Shown in pieces: positions 26,572-34,625 of a DNA stretch of 64,000 bases. Source of the stretch: Polaromonas sp. (GTDB lineage Bacteria; Pseudomonadota; Gammaproteobacteria; Burkholderiales; Burkholderiaceae_C); contig JANPLX010000100.1 in NCBI GenBank assembly GCA_031422495.1, positions 197-64,196 on the forward strand, in the 5' to 3' direction. The notes beneath the pieces were generated by a model that was given only the letters and a program-made list of their open reading frames with translations, searched no databases and was not told the origin of the DNA. The position numbers and the translations under genes are program-made. How positions within the stretch are numbered: position 1 is the first letter of the stretch; every line of letters begins with the position of its first letter.

Positions 26572-28985
26572 TGAATGCACCTACCACGCTCAAAGAACTG
26601 ATGCCAAACTTGGCCGACTCAGCGGCTCAGGGCACAGACGTAATCCACGAATCCGCCCGACTACACGTCACCGGCGAAGCGGTCTACACCGACGACATTC
26701 CCGAACTGCGTGGAACGCTCTATGCAGCGCTGATTTTGTCCCCCGTCGCCCACGGCGAGTTGATTGGTGAGGGCATTGACCGCGCCGCCATCCTAGCTGA
26801 GCATGGTGTGGTGGCGGTTTACACAGCGAGCGACATTCCGGGTGAAAACAACTGCGGCCCAATCATCCATGACGACCCGTTTCTGGCTTCTGGGAAGGTC
26901 GAATTCATCGGCCAAGCCATTGCAGTGGTCGTGGCACGGGACATGCTTTACGCCCGCGAAGTCGCTAAAAAAGCGGTGGTCAAAGTTAAAGAATTACCAG
27001 CGATTTTGACGATTGACGAAGCCATGACAGCCAAAAGCTTCATCATGCCACCCAAAGGAATCACACGTGGCACGCCGGCCGAGGCCATCAAAACCGCGTC
27101 GCACACCCTCAAAGGCGAAACCACCTGCGGCCAGCAGGAGCAGTTTTACCTAGAAGGCCAAATCACCTACGCTGTACCGCGTGAAGATGGTCAATTGACG
27201 CTGTATGTGTCGACCCAACACCCCGACGGCAACCAGCGCGAAGCAGCAGCAGCGCTGAATTTGTCCACGAATGACGTCGAAGTGATCTGCCGCCGCATGG
27301 GCGGTGCTTTTGGCGGCAAAGAGGGCAATGCCAGCATCTTCTCGCAAAGTGCAGCATTGGCAGCCTTCAAGCTGCAAAAGCCGGTAAAACTGCGTGTGAA
27401 CCGTGATGACGACATGATGATCACCGGTAAACGCCACGATTTCCGCGCCCAATACGAGGTGGGTTTCGATGACGCCGGCCATATTTTGGGTGTTGACGTG
27501 GTTTTAGCCTCGCGCTGCGGCTACAGCACCGACTTTTCTGGCCCAGTGAACGACCGCGCCGTGTTGCACATCGACAACTGCTATTACCTGCCGAATCTTT
27601 CCATCATCAGCCACCGATGCAAAACCAATATGCAAAGCGCCACAGCGTTTCGCGGCTTTGGCGGCCCGCAGGGCATGTTTGCGATTGAGACGGTCATCGA
27701 GCAGATTGCCCAAAAATTAGGAAAAGACCCGTTGGACGTGCGTAAGGCCAATTTGTACAAAGACGCTGCGGTTTCTGGCAATATTGACACGATCACCACC
27801 CAATACGGCCAGCAGATTGAAGACTGGATTGGCGATAAGGTGATGACTCAATTAGAAGAGGAATCTAACTATACCCAGCGCAGAATAAGCCTAGCTAGCT
27901 ACAACAAAACGAGCAAGTACAAGAAGAAGGGCATCGCCCTCGTACCGTTGAAATTCGGTATCAGCTTCACCGCCACCATGTTGAATCAGGGCGGCGCGCT
28001 GCTGAATATTTACATGGACGGCTCGGTCAGCGTCAACCATGGCGGCACGGAGATGGGGCAGGGCTTGAACACCAAAATGGCGCAGGTCGCGGCGGATGGT
28101 TTGGGCATTCCGGTCAGCTTGGTTCGGGTGACGGGTACGGACACGCAGAAAGTGCCGAACGCCTCGGCCACAGCGGCTTCTAGCGGTGCAGACATCAACG
28201 GTGCGGCGGTGAATAACGCTTGCGACCAGATGCGGGTTCGCTTGGCTGCAGTGGCAGGGCGGATGCTTAATTGCGCACCAGATGCTATTAAATTCATAGC
28301 TGGACAGGCAATAAATACGCCGGCTATGTCTAAAAATGACACTAAAAATAGTGTTTCATGGCAAGAAGTCGTCAAACAAGCTTGGCTAGACCGCGTCGGC
28401 CTGTCTGTGACGGGGTTTTACATGACACCAGACATCAAATACGACTTCGCCACCCTGAACGGCAAGGCGTTTTACTACTTCTGCTACGGCGCAGCGGTGA
28501 CCGAGGTCGAAATCGACACCCGCACTGGCGAGTGGTGGCTGCAAAAGGTCGATATCGTGCACGACGCCGGCAAATCCATCAACCCTGCTATTGATTTAGG
28601 TCAAATCGAAGGCGCTTACGTGCAAGGCATGGGCTGGTTGACGATGGAGGAGTGCATTTGGGACATGAAAGCCAAGACGATCGATGGCGTGGACGGACTG
28701 GGTCGCGGAAAACTCCTCACCCACGGCCCCAGCACCTACAAAATCCCGGTGGCGAGTGACATTCCGGAGCATTTCAAAGTCAGCTTTTTCGACGGCGAAA
28801 ACATCAAACCCACGCCGTTTAAGAGCAAAGCCGTCGGCGAGCCGCCGCTGATGCTGGCTTTAAGTGCGTATTTTGCGATCCGTGACGCCGTCAGCGCCTC
28901 TGCAGACCACAAAGTCCCCGTTTTCATGGACGCACCTGCTACACCAGAGCGGATTTTGATGGCTTGCGAAGCCTTGAAACGCTAA
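26571..28985 (+). CDS. xdhB: Xanthine dehydrogenase molybdopterin-binding large subunit
   Basis: Start MNAPTTLKE overlaps the xdhA stop (TAATG). Motifs GGAFGGKE, FRGFGGPQG and GEPPL are present. The ORF-track start 26478 is an upstream extension. Confidence 0.9.
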   Translation: MNAPTTLKELMPNLADSAAQGTDVIHESARLHVTGEAVYTDDIPELRGTLYAALILSPVAHGELIGEGIDRAAILAEHGVVAVYTASDIPGENNCGPIIHDDPFLASGKVEFIGQAIAVVVARDMLYAREVAKKAVVKVKELPAILTIDEAMTAKSFIMPPKGITRGTPAEAIKTASHTLKGETTCGQQEQFYLEGQITYAVPREDGQLTLYVSTQHPDGNQREAAAALNLSTNDVEVICRRMGGAFGGKEGNASIFSQSAALAAFKLQKPVKLRVNRDDDMMITGKRHDFRAQYEVGFDDAGHILGVDVVLASRCGYSTDFSGPVNDRAVLHIDNCYYLPNLSIISHRCKTNMQSATAFRGFGGPQGMFAIETVIEQIAQKLGKDPLDVRKANLYKDAAVSGNIDTITTQYGQQIEDWIGDKVMTQLEEESNYTQRRISLASYNKTSKYKKKGIALVPLKFGISFTATMLNQGGALLNIYMDGSVSVNHGGTEMGQGLNTKMAQVAADGLGIPVSLVRVTGTDTQKVPNASATAASSGADINGAAVNNACDQMRVRLAAVAGRMLNCAPDAIKFIAGQAINTPAMSKNDTKNSVSWQEVVKQAWLDRVGLSVTGFYMTPDIKYDFATLNGKAFYYFCYGAAVTEVEIDTRTGEWWLQKVDIVHDAGKSINPAIDLGQIEGAYVQGMGWLTMEECIWDMKAKTIDGVDGLGRGKLLTHGPSTYKIPVASDIPEHFKVSFFDGENIKPTPFKSKAVGEPPLMLALSAYFAIRDAVSASADHKVPVFMDAPATPERILMACEALKR
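28284..28352 (+). repeat. Full-length composite repeat in frame inside xdhB
   Basis: GCTATTAAATTCATAGCtggacaGGCAATAAATACGCCGGCTAtgtctaaaaatgacactaaaaatag. It matches intergenic copy L (53325) at 36 of 43 nt. It encodes DAIKFIAGQAINTPAMSKNDTKNS. Confidence 0.85.
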
Positions 28986-28992
28986 AAATACC

Positions 28993-29040
28993 GCTCGCCC
29001 TGAGCCTGTCGAAGGGTTTCGACAAGCTCAACCCGAACGG
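28993..29040. repeat. REP-like GC palindrome between xdhB and xdhC
   Basis: GAGCCTGTCGAA-gggt-TTCGACAAGCTC (12-bp stem, 1 mismatch). It belongs to the hairpin type that translates as ...LSLSK.FD.LRA.G... in spurious ORFs (here ORF 28939-29139 minus). Confidence 0.65.
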
Positions 29041-29064
29041 ATACTTCAAAAAATTAGGAAAAAA

Positions 29065-29964
29065 GTGGATTTCACCGCCGAATTTCAACGACTTTTGGCC
29101 AGTGAAGACGCAGTAGTTGTCTCCATAGCGTCCACCCAAGGCTCAGTCCCGCGCGAGACGGGGACGTGGATGGCGGTGTTTGCCGGCCACATCGTCGGCA
29201 CGATAGGCGGCGGTCACGTCGAATTTGAAGCCATTACCGAAGCTAGAGCGCTTTTACGCGGCAATTATTCTTCAGAGCCGTCGTTCCCGCGAAGGCGGGA
29301 ATCCACTGCGGATGACAGCACAAGTTCGTATGCAAAACGATATGTCTTAGGCCCAAGCCTAGGCCAATGCTGCGGTGGTGTGATGACTTTATGCTATCAA
29401 AAATATAGCTATTTAGGCATTAAATACGACGGCTATAGCCAAAATATGCCTAAAAATGAGGCATTTAAGTCGATTTCATACCCAAAACTCCAAAACGTCG
29501 CCCTATTCGGCGGCGGTCACGTCGGCAAAGCCATCGTCAATATCCTCAGCACCTTGCCCATGCAGGTGATGTGGATCGACAGCCGCGATGAAATCTTCCC
29601 AGACGAGCTTCCCAGTAATGTCATCTGCGAACATTCCGACCCTGTGCAAGCCGCAGTCAACGACTTAGCTGCCGGCTGCCACATCCTCATCATGAGCTTC
29701 AGCCACGCCGAAGACCTAGACATCGTCGCCGCATGCCTATTGCGCCAGCGGGAAAGGGCGGATTTGTCTTTCATAGGCTTGATTGGCAGCAAAACCAAGT
29801 GGGCAACTTTTCGGCATCGACTTGAGGACAGAGGATTCACCGCGTCGGAATTGGCGCACGTCACCTGTCCGATAGGGGTAGACGGTGTGAAAGGGAAGGA
29901 GCCTGAGGTGATTGCGGTTGGGGTGGCGGCACAATTACTAAAATTGCGAAGTTTAACCTCTTAA
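29065..29964 (+). CDS. xdhC: Xanthine dehydrogenase accessory (Moco insertion) protein XdhC
   Basis: 299 aa (GTG start). Motifs GSVPRE..GT, GGGHVE, LGQCCGG and the C-terminal Rossmann LFGGGHVGKA are present. Confidence 0.85.
   Translation: MDFTAEFQRLLASEDAVVVSIASTQGSVPRETGTWMAVFAGHIVGTIGGGHVEFEAITEARALLRGNYSSEPSFPRRRESTADDSTSSYAKRYVLGPSLGQCCGGVMTLCYQKYSYLGIKYDGYSQNMPKNEAFKSISYPKLQNVALFGGGHVGKAIVNILSTLPMQVMWIDSRDEIFPDELPSNVICEHSDPVQAAVNDLAAGCHILIMSFSHAEDLDIVAACLLRQRERADLSFIGLIGSKTKWATFRHRLEDRGFTASELAHVTCPIGVDGVKGKEPEVIAVGVAAQLLKLRSLTS
29281..29305. repeat. Short GC hairpin repeat in frame inside xdhC
   Basis: TCGTTCCCGCGAAGGCGGGAATCCA (TTCCCGC/GCGGGAA stem) encodes SFPRRRES inside a variable XdhC loop. 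Confidence 0.6.
29393..29470 (+). repeat. Full-length composite repeat in frame in the xdhC inter-domain linker
   Basis: GCTATCAAAAATATAGCtatttaGGCATTAAATACGACGGCTATAGCCaaaatatgCCTAAAAAtgaggcatttaag. It is about 80% identical by eye to copy K2 (50353). The consensus GGC TAG AGC reads GGC TAT AGC here. It encodes CYQKYSYLGIKYDGYSQNMPKNEAFKS. Confidence 0.85.
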
Positions 29965-30022
29965 GTATGTATCTAGCCGGCGTATTTATTGCCTACAGCG
30001 CTATTAAAAATATAGTAATTTG
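29961..30022 (-). repeat. Composite repeat, copy G, starting at the xdhC stop codon
   Basis: ttaagtatgtatCTAGCCGGCGTATTTATTGCCtacagcGCTATTAAAAATATAGtaatttg. Confidence 0.85.
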
Positions 30023-30034
30023 AGTTTAAAAACT

Positions 30035-30661
30035 ATGTCATCAAAAGAACTCAAACATATCGCAAAGATCACTATCGCGCATTACGACAGCAGCGCAGAA
30101 TCGTTTTGGCAAGGCACCAAAGACCACGATGTGAGCCAAAACATTGCCGCATTGTTGCAATACATAGAAGTGCCTGCGCCGTTTGAGTTGCTTGATTTCG
30201 GTTGTGGGCCAGGGCGGGATTTGAAGACTTTTAAGTCCCTAGGTCACCATCCCGTCGGGCTTGAGGGTGCGACGGCTTTGGCAGCGATGGCGCGTGAATT
30301 CAGCGGCTGCGAGGTGTGGGAGCAGAATTTTTTAGAGTTAGCGCTTCCCAAAGCATGTTTTGACGGTATTTTTGCTAACGCCGTGCTGTTTCATGTGCCA
30401 AGTGCCGCTTTACCCAACATATTGACTCAGCTTTACGAGACGCTCAAACCCGGCGGCGTGCTGTTTTGCTCCAATCCGCGAGGTGAAGGCCAAGAAGGCT
30501 GGCAAGGCGATCGTTATGGTGCTTATCACGACTTAGAAACGTGGCGCGGCTACATGACAGCAGCTGGCTTTGCTGAATTAACCCATTACTACCGACCTGC
30601 TGGGCTGCCGATTGAGCAGCAGCCTTGGTTGGCGACGGTGTGGCGCAGGCCGAGTATTTAG
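30035..30661 (+). CDS. Class I SAM-dependent methyltransferase
   Basis: Motif I LLDFGCGPGRD, with an overall small methyltransferase pattern. ATG 30035 is preferred over TTG 30020. Confidence 0.75.
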   Translation: MSSKELKHIAKITIAHYDSSAESFWQGTKDHDVSQNIAALLQYIEVPAPFELLDFGCGPGRDLKTFKSLGHHPVGLEGATALAAMAREFSGCEVWEQNFLELALPKACFDGIFANAVLFHVPSAALPNILTQLYETLKPGGVLFCSNPRGEGQEGWQGDRYGAYHDLETWRGYMTAAGFAELTHYYRPAGLPIEQQPWLATVWRRPSI

Positions 30662-30664
30662 GGA

Positions 30665-31318
30665 TTATTTCGCCAATTCTTTGGATTTGTTCAACATGGC
30701 TTGAACCGCACGTTCGTCCAAGCCATACATGTCAGCAAACTCTGCAGCGCTCTTGCCGCTGCTCTCAAAAGCACGTTTTAAAGCCGTTTGTTTGGCAAAT
30801 TTAGCGTCGTACTCTGCTAAGGCCTCTTCTAGCAACAGCGTTGCCTCGGCTTCATTGGTTTGCACGCGCAATTGGTACTCTTGGCGGCTCAGGCCGCTAG
30901 CTTCGAAGGCTTTTACCAGTTGCGCTCTGAACTCTGAACGCAGGTCGATTTTGGATCTGGCTTGGCGTCGGCTGAAAAGCTGCAGTAGCGACACGTAAAC
31001 GTGCTCTGGCGAAACGTCTTCGCCTGGATTGCCTTGCAAATCATGGCGTTTGTTGCCAGAAACGACGCATTGCAAATAGCGCGTTGACCGCGCGTGGAAG
31101 CCCAAAGCGGCTTTCAGGCTGTCTTTTTGGAAAACATCCGGATGCGCTGCCATCAGGTCTTGGTAAGTACCTAATTTGAGGGGCATAAACGCGTTACCAA
31201 ACAGGTGAGGGTAGAGTTCAAACAGCTTTTGCAAGACAGGTTGGACATCTATTTTTGGTTTAACAGGTTTTTCAGCGGATTGGGACGTGATCTCAGGCGT
31301 TTGGATAGGTTCGGTCAT
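30665..31318 (-). CDS. proQ: ProQ/FinO-family RNA-binding protein
   Basis: 217 aa. VLQKLFELYPHLFGNAFMPLKLGTYQDLMAAHP...LKAALGFHARSTRYL matches the ProQ/FinO N-terminal domain. Confidence 0.8.
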   Translation of the reverse strand: MTEPIQTPEITSQSAEKPVKPKIDVQPVLQKLFELYPHLFGNAFMPLKLGTYQDLMAAHPDVFQKDSLKAALGFHARSTRYLQCVVSGNKRHDLQGNPGEDVSPEHVYVSLLQLFSRRQARSKIDLRSEFRAQLVKAFEASGLSRQEYQLRVQTNEAEATLLLEEALAEYDAKFAKQTALKRAFESSGKSAAEFADMYGLDERAVQAMLNKSKELAK

Positions 31319-31329
31319 AATTTGAGGTT

Positions 31330-31388
31330 GCTATATTTTTAATAGCAATACAGGCAATAAATATGCTGGCTAACGGCGTATTACAGTG
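31330..31388 (+). repeat. Composite repeat, copy H
   Basis: GCTATATTTTTAATAGCaatacaGGCAATAAATATGCTGGCTAACGGCGTATTacag. Confidence 0.8.
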
Positions 31389-31411
31389 TTTTTTGAGTGA
31401 AAGAGGGTCAA

Positions 31412-32725
31412 TTATAGCGATTTAAACACGTCAGCTGCGACTGCAATCGTTTCATCAATGTCAGCGTCTGTGTGCGCGCTGCTCACGAAGCCAGCTTCGT
31501 ACAAGGCGGGCGCGATGTAAATGCCACGATCCAGCAGGCCGTGGAATAGCTTGTTGAAGCGCGGGCTGTCGGTGGTCATCACTTTGGCGTAGTTTTGCGG
31601 CAGCTCGTTCATCAAGAAAAAGCCAAACATGCCACCCTGGCTGTCACCGCAGAAGGGCACACCAGCGGCTTGGGCGGCTTGGGTCAAACCAGACACCAGA
31701 TTTTGCGTTTTGCGCCCGAGTTCTTCAAAGAAACCGGGTTTTTGGATCTCTTTCAAGGTTGCCAAGCCACAAGCGGTGGCTACTGGGTTGCCCGACAGCG
31801 TGCCCGCTTGGTAAACCCCGCCCAGCGGTGCCAAGTGCTCCATGATGGCGCGGGAAGCGCCAAAAGCCGCCAGTGGCATGCCACCGCCGATGACTTTGCC
31901 CAGCACAGTGATATCAGGTTTGATGCCCAAAACCGCCTGCGCACTGCCCAAAGCGACGCGGCAGCCAGACATGACTTCGTCAAATATCAGCAGCGCGCTA
32001 TATTCGGAACATAGCTCACGGCAACGGGTGGCGAAAGCGTGGCTGGCGCGGACGAAGTTCATGTTGCCAGCTATCGGCTCGATCATGACGCAGGCCAGTT
32101 CTTTGCCATGCTGTGCAAAGGCTTCTTCCAGCTGGGGAATGTTGTTGAACTCCAGCACCAAGGTGTCTTTCACCACGTCTGCAGGCACGCCTGAGCTGGT
32201 GGGGTGGCCAAAAGTGGCCAAACCAGAGCCGGCTTTGACCAACAGCGCATCAGCATGGCCGTGGTAGCAGCCCTCAAATTTGATGAATTTAACGCGTCCC
32301 GTGGCACCCCTAGCCAAGCGAATAGCGCTCATAGAGGCTTCGGTGCCTGAGCTAACTAAGCGCACCATCTCCATCGAAGGCACCAACTTAATGATTTCTT
32401 CAGCTAATTCGACCTCACGCTCTGTCGGTGCACCGAATGAAAATCCATCTAAAGCGGCTTTTTGTACGGCTTCTAGCACGGCTGGGTGGCCGTGGCCCAA
32501 AATCATCGGACCCCAAGAGCCGATGTAATCAATATAGCGCTGACCGTTGGCATCCCAAAAGTAGGCGCCTTGGGCGCGTTTGACGAAGCGAGGTGTACCG
32601 CCTACGGCTTTGAATGCGCGAACCGGAGAGTTAACGCCGCCCGGAATGCTGCGTTTAGCGCGCTCAAACAATTCGACGTTGCTGTCTTGATTTGCGGCAT
32701 TTTGTAAGCTTTTAGTTGTATTCAT
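31412..32725 (-). CDS. hemL: Glutamate-1-semialdehyde 2,1-aminomutase
   Basis: 437 aa with [19 protein letters not shown] and KVIGGGMPL motifs. Confidence 0.95.
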   Translation of the reverse strand: MNTTKSLQNAANQDSNVELFERAKRSIPGGVNSPVRAFKAVGGTPRFVKRAQGAYFWDANGQRYIDYIGSWGPMILGHGHPAVLEAVQKAALDGFSFGAPTEREVELAEEIIKLVPSMEMVRLVSSGTEASMSAIRLARGATGRVKFIKFEGCYHGHADALLVKAGSGLATFGHPTSSGVPADVVKDTLVLEFNNIPQLEEAFAQHGKELACVMIEPIAGNMNFVRASHAFATRCRELCSEYSALLIFDEVMSGCRVALGSAQAVLGIKPDITVLGKVIGGGMPLAAFGASRAIMEHLAPLGGVYQAGTLSGNPVATACGLATLKEIQKPGFFEELGRKTQNLVSGLTQAAQAAGVPFCGDSQGGMFGFFLMNELPQNYAKVMTTDSPRFNKLFHGLLDRGIYIAPALYEAGFVSSAHTDADIDETIAVAADVFKSL

Positions 32726-32874
32726 GGTTCAAGAATTTTAAAACGAAGCGCAAAACTGCGCTTTTATAGTTGATTACCCCTAGTGCAAGAAGTAACAAGA
32801 CGGCTATTTGTCGGATTATCCCGACACCCAAATGTTAGAAAGTGTAATTTCAGTCAATTGCTGTCCTACAATGG

Positions 32875-33084
32875 ATGAATTCTAATCTTTGTACGAAGGC
32901 GACGCTGGCGGTGACTGATTCTAAAACTTGGTTGTGTTTAATCTGTGGTTGGTTGTATGAAGAGAAGCTGGGCTCGCCTGACGACGGCATACCGCCAGGT
33001 ACACCTTGGGCACAAGTTCCCATGAATTGGACTTGTCCTGAGTGTGGCGCACGTAAAGAAGATTTTGAGATGGTTGAGATTTAA
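32875..33084 (+). CDS. Rubredoxin
   Basis: WLCLICGWLYEE...WTCPECGARKEDFEMVEI carries the two CxxC pairs. The N-terminal extension and start are uncertain. Confidence 0.8.
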   Translation: MNSNLCTKATLAVTDSKTWLCLICGWLYEEKLGSPDDGIPPGTPWAQVPMNWTCPECGARKEDFEMVEI

Positions 33085-33152
33085 GTAAAGATATCAGCAG
33101 AGATATCAGTAAATATATAAGTAGAGATCTGATTGATTTTTGGAGAAATACT

Positions 33153-33548
33153 ATGGCTACATCGAATACAGCATTGAAGATTTTGGTTATTGACGACAGC
33201 AACACTGTGCGTCAAAGCGCGGAAATGTTTTTGCGCCAAGGCGGCCATGAGGTGTTTTTGGCGGAAGATGGTTTTGATGCACTGTCAAAAGTGAGTGATC
33301 ACCAGCCAGACATGATTTTTTGCGATATTTTGATGCCGCGATTGGACGGTTATCAAACCTGCGCCATCATCAAGCGAAACCCGCATTACGAAAACATTCC
33401 TATCGTCATGTTGTCGTCCAAAGACGGCGTTTTTGACAAAGCGCGTGGCCGCATGGTCGGTGCACAGCAATATTTAACCAAACCTTTCATCAAAGACGCT
33501 TTGTTGCAATCTGTGCAGCATTTTGCTGGTCAGAAAGCTGTTCAGTAA
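33153..33548 (+). CDS. pilG: Twitching-motility response regulator PilG (CheY-like)
   Basis: 131-aa receiver domain (VIDDS...DILMPRLDG...K). It is the first gene of the pilGHIJ-chpA order. Confidence 0.85.
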   Translation: MATSNTALKILVIDDSNTVRQSAEMFLRQGGHEVFLAEDGFDALSKVSDHQPDMIFCDILMPRLDGYQTCAIIKRNPHYENIPIVMLSSKDGVFDKARGRMVGAQQYLTKPFIKDALLQSVQHFAGQKAVQ

Positions 33549-33591
33549 ATAGTGCATTAAACAGCGTTGAATAGCGCGTAAGAAAACAGTT

Positions 33592-33628
33592 GAAAAAATC
33601 GAAAAATCGAAAAATCGAAAAATTGAGA
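33592..33628 (+). repeat. Tandem octamer (GAAAAATC) x4 in the pilG-pilH spacer
   Basis: gaaaaaatc gaaaaatc gaaaaatc gaaaaatt, ending 8 nt before the pilH ATG. Confidence 0.85.
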
Positions 33629-33635
33629 ATTAAAA

Positions 33636-34001
33636 ATGACCATTCATAAAGTACTTGTTGTAGATGACTCCAAAACGGAGTTGATGTTTATCTCTGATCT
33701 GTTGCAAAAAAACGGCTTTGAAGTCGCCACTGCTGACGGCGGTGAACAAGCCATGCAATGCTTGGCCAAAGAAACGCCAGATTTGATATTGATGGACGTG
33801 GTGATGCCAGGTAAAAACGGTTTCCAATTGGCCAGAACAATCAATCGCGATCCTTTGTATGCGAATGTACCGATCATTTTTTGCAGCAGTAAAGACCAAG
33901 AAACTGACCGTTTATGGGGCATGCGCCAAGGCGCGAAAGATTACATCACCAAGCCTTTCAATTCAGACGAATTGATTGCCAAAATACGAGCGCAAGGCTG
34001 A
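33636..34001 (+). CDS. pilH: Twitching-motility response regulator PilH (CheY-like)
   Basis: 121-aa receiver domain (VVDDS...DVVMPGKNG...K). Confidence 0.85.
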   Translation: MTIHKVLVVDDSKTELMFISDLLQKNGFEVATADGGEQAMQCLAKETPDLILMDVVMPGKNGFQLARTINRDPLYANVPIIFCSSKDQETDRLWGMRQGAKDYITKPFNSDELIAKIRAQG

Positions 34002-34067
34002 ATTAATACCTTGAAAGGTGTGTCGCTGACATCAGTATAAAGCGCCTTCAAGTTAGAACTACAAAGT

Positions 34068-34604
34068 ATGGACAAGCGACAAAAACTACGTGATATGCAA
34101 ACCCGTTTGGCTGAAAAGCTGCAAGCGGTACGTTCGGGTGAGGTGACGTCTTCTGCTGCCTGGTTGGCTGTGGATTCTGGCGGCGCTAAATACCTGTTTC
34201 CATTGGGGCAATCCGGTGAAATTTTTGCTTGGGCACCGATTCAAAAAGTAGCCCACACGCAAGACTGGTATTTAGGTGTTGCCAATATTCGTGGCTCTTT
34301 GTTCGGTGTGGCTGATTTCACGGGGTTTGTGCAGCGGACTAAAGCAACGCTGAACAATGAGTTGTCGCGCTCAGAGGCACGCTTTGTGACCCTCAATGCC
34401 GCACTGGATGTTAATTGTGCTTTGTATGTGGACCGCTTGGAAGGTTTGCGTAGTACGGAGTCTTTTGTCGAATCGCACGAGCCCACAACAGGTTCCCCAG
34501 AATTTTTTGGACACACTTATGTAGACGTGAATGGCTTGCCTTGGCAAGAAATCAATTTGCAAGTGTTGTCTCAACAAGATAGTTTTTTAAATATTATTGC
34601 GTAA
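34068..34604 (+). CDS. pilI: CheW-like coupling protein PilI
   Basis: 178 aa with a CheW-like pattern, positioned between pilH and pilJ. Confidence 0.75.
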   Translation: MDKRQKLRDMQTRLAEKLQAVRSGEVTSSAAWLAVDSGGAKYLFPLGQSGEIFAWAPIQKVAHTQDWYLGVANIRGSLFGVADFTGFVQRTKATLNNELSRSEARFVTLNAALDVNCALYVDRLEGLRSTESFVESHEPTTGSPEFFGHTYVDVNGLPWQEINLQVLSQQDSFLNIIA

Positions 34605-34625
34605 AGATTTATTAAAGGTCGCCTC

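Noticed and set aside
32745-32770. Hairpin AGCGCA-aaac-TGCGCT-TTTT as a terminator
   Set aside because: It lies in a divergent promoter region (hemL to the left, rubredoxin to the right), so no upstream transcript needs terminating. Its function is undetermined.
32921-33205. 94-aa minus-strand ORF
   Set aside because: It is antisense to the rubredoxin gene and the pilG start, and is low-complexity Leu/Ile/Ser-rich.
33592-33628. CRISPR-like array (also considered for 24957-25004, 46045-46085 and 50761-50814)
   Set aside because: The units are 8-16 bp and contiguous, with no spacers and no cas genes. These are simple tandem repeats.
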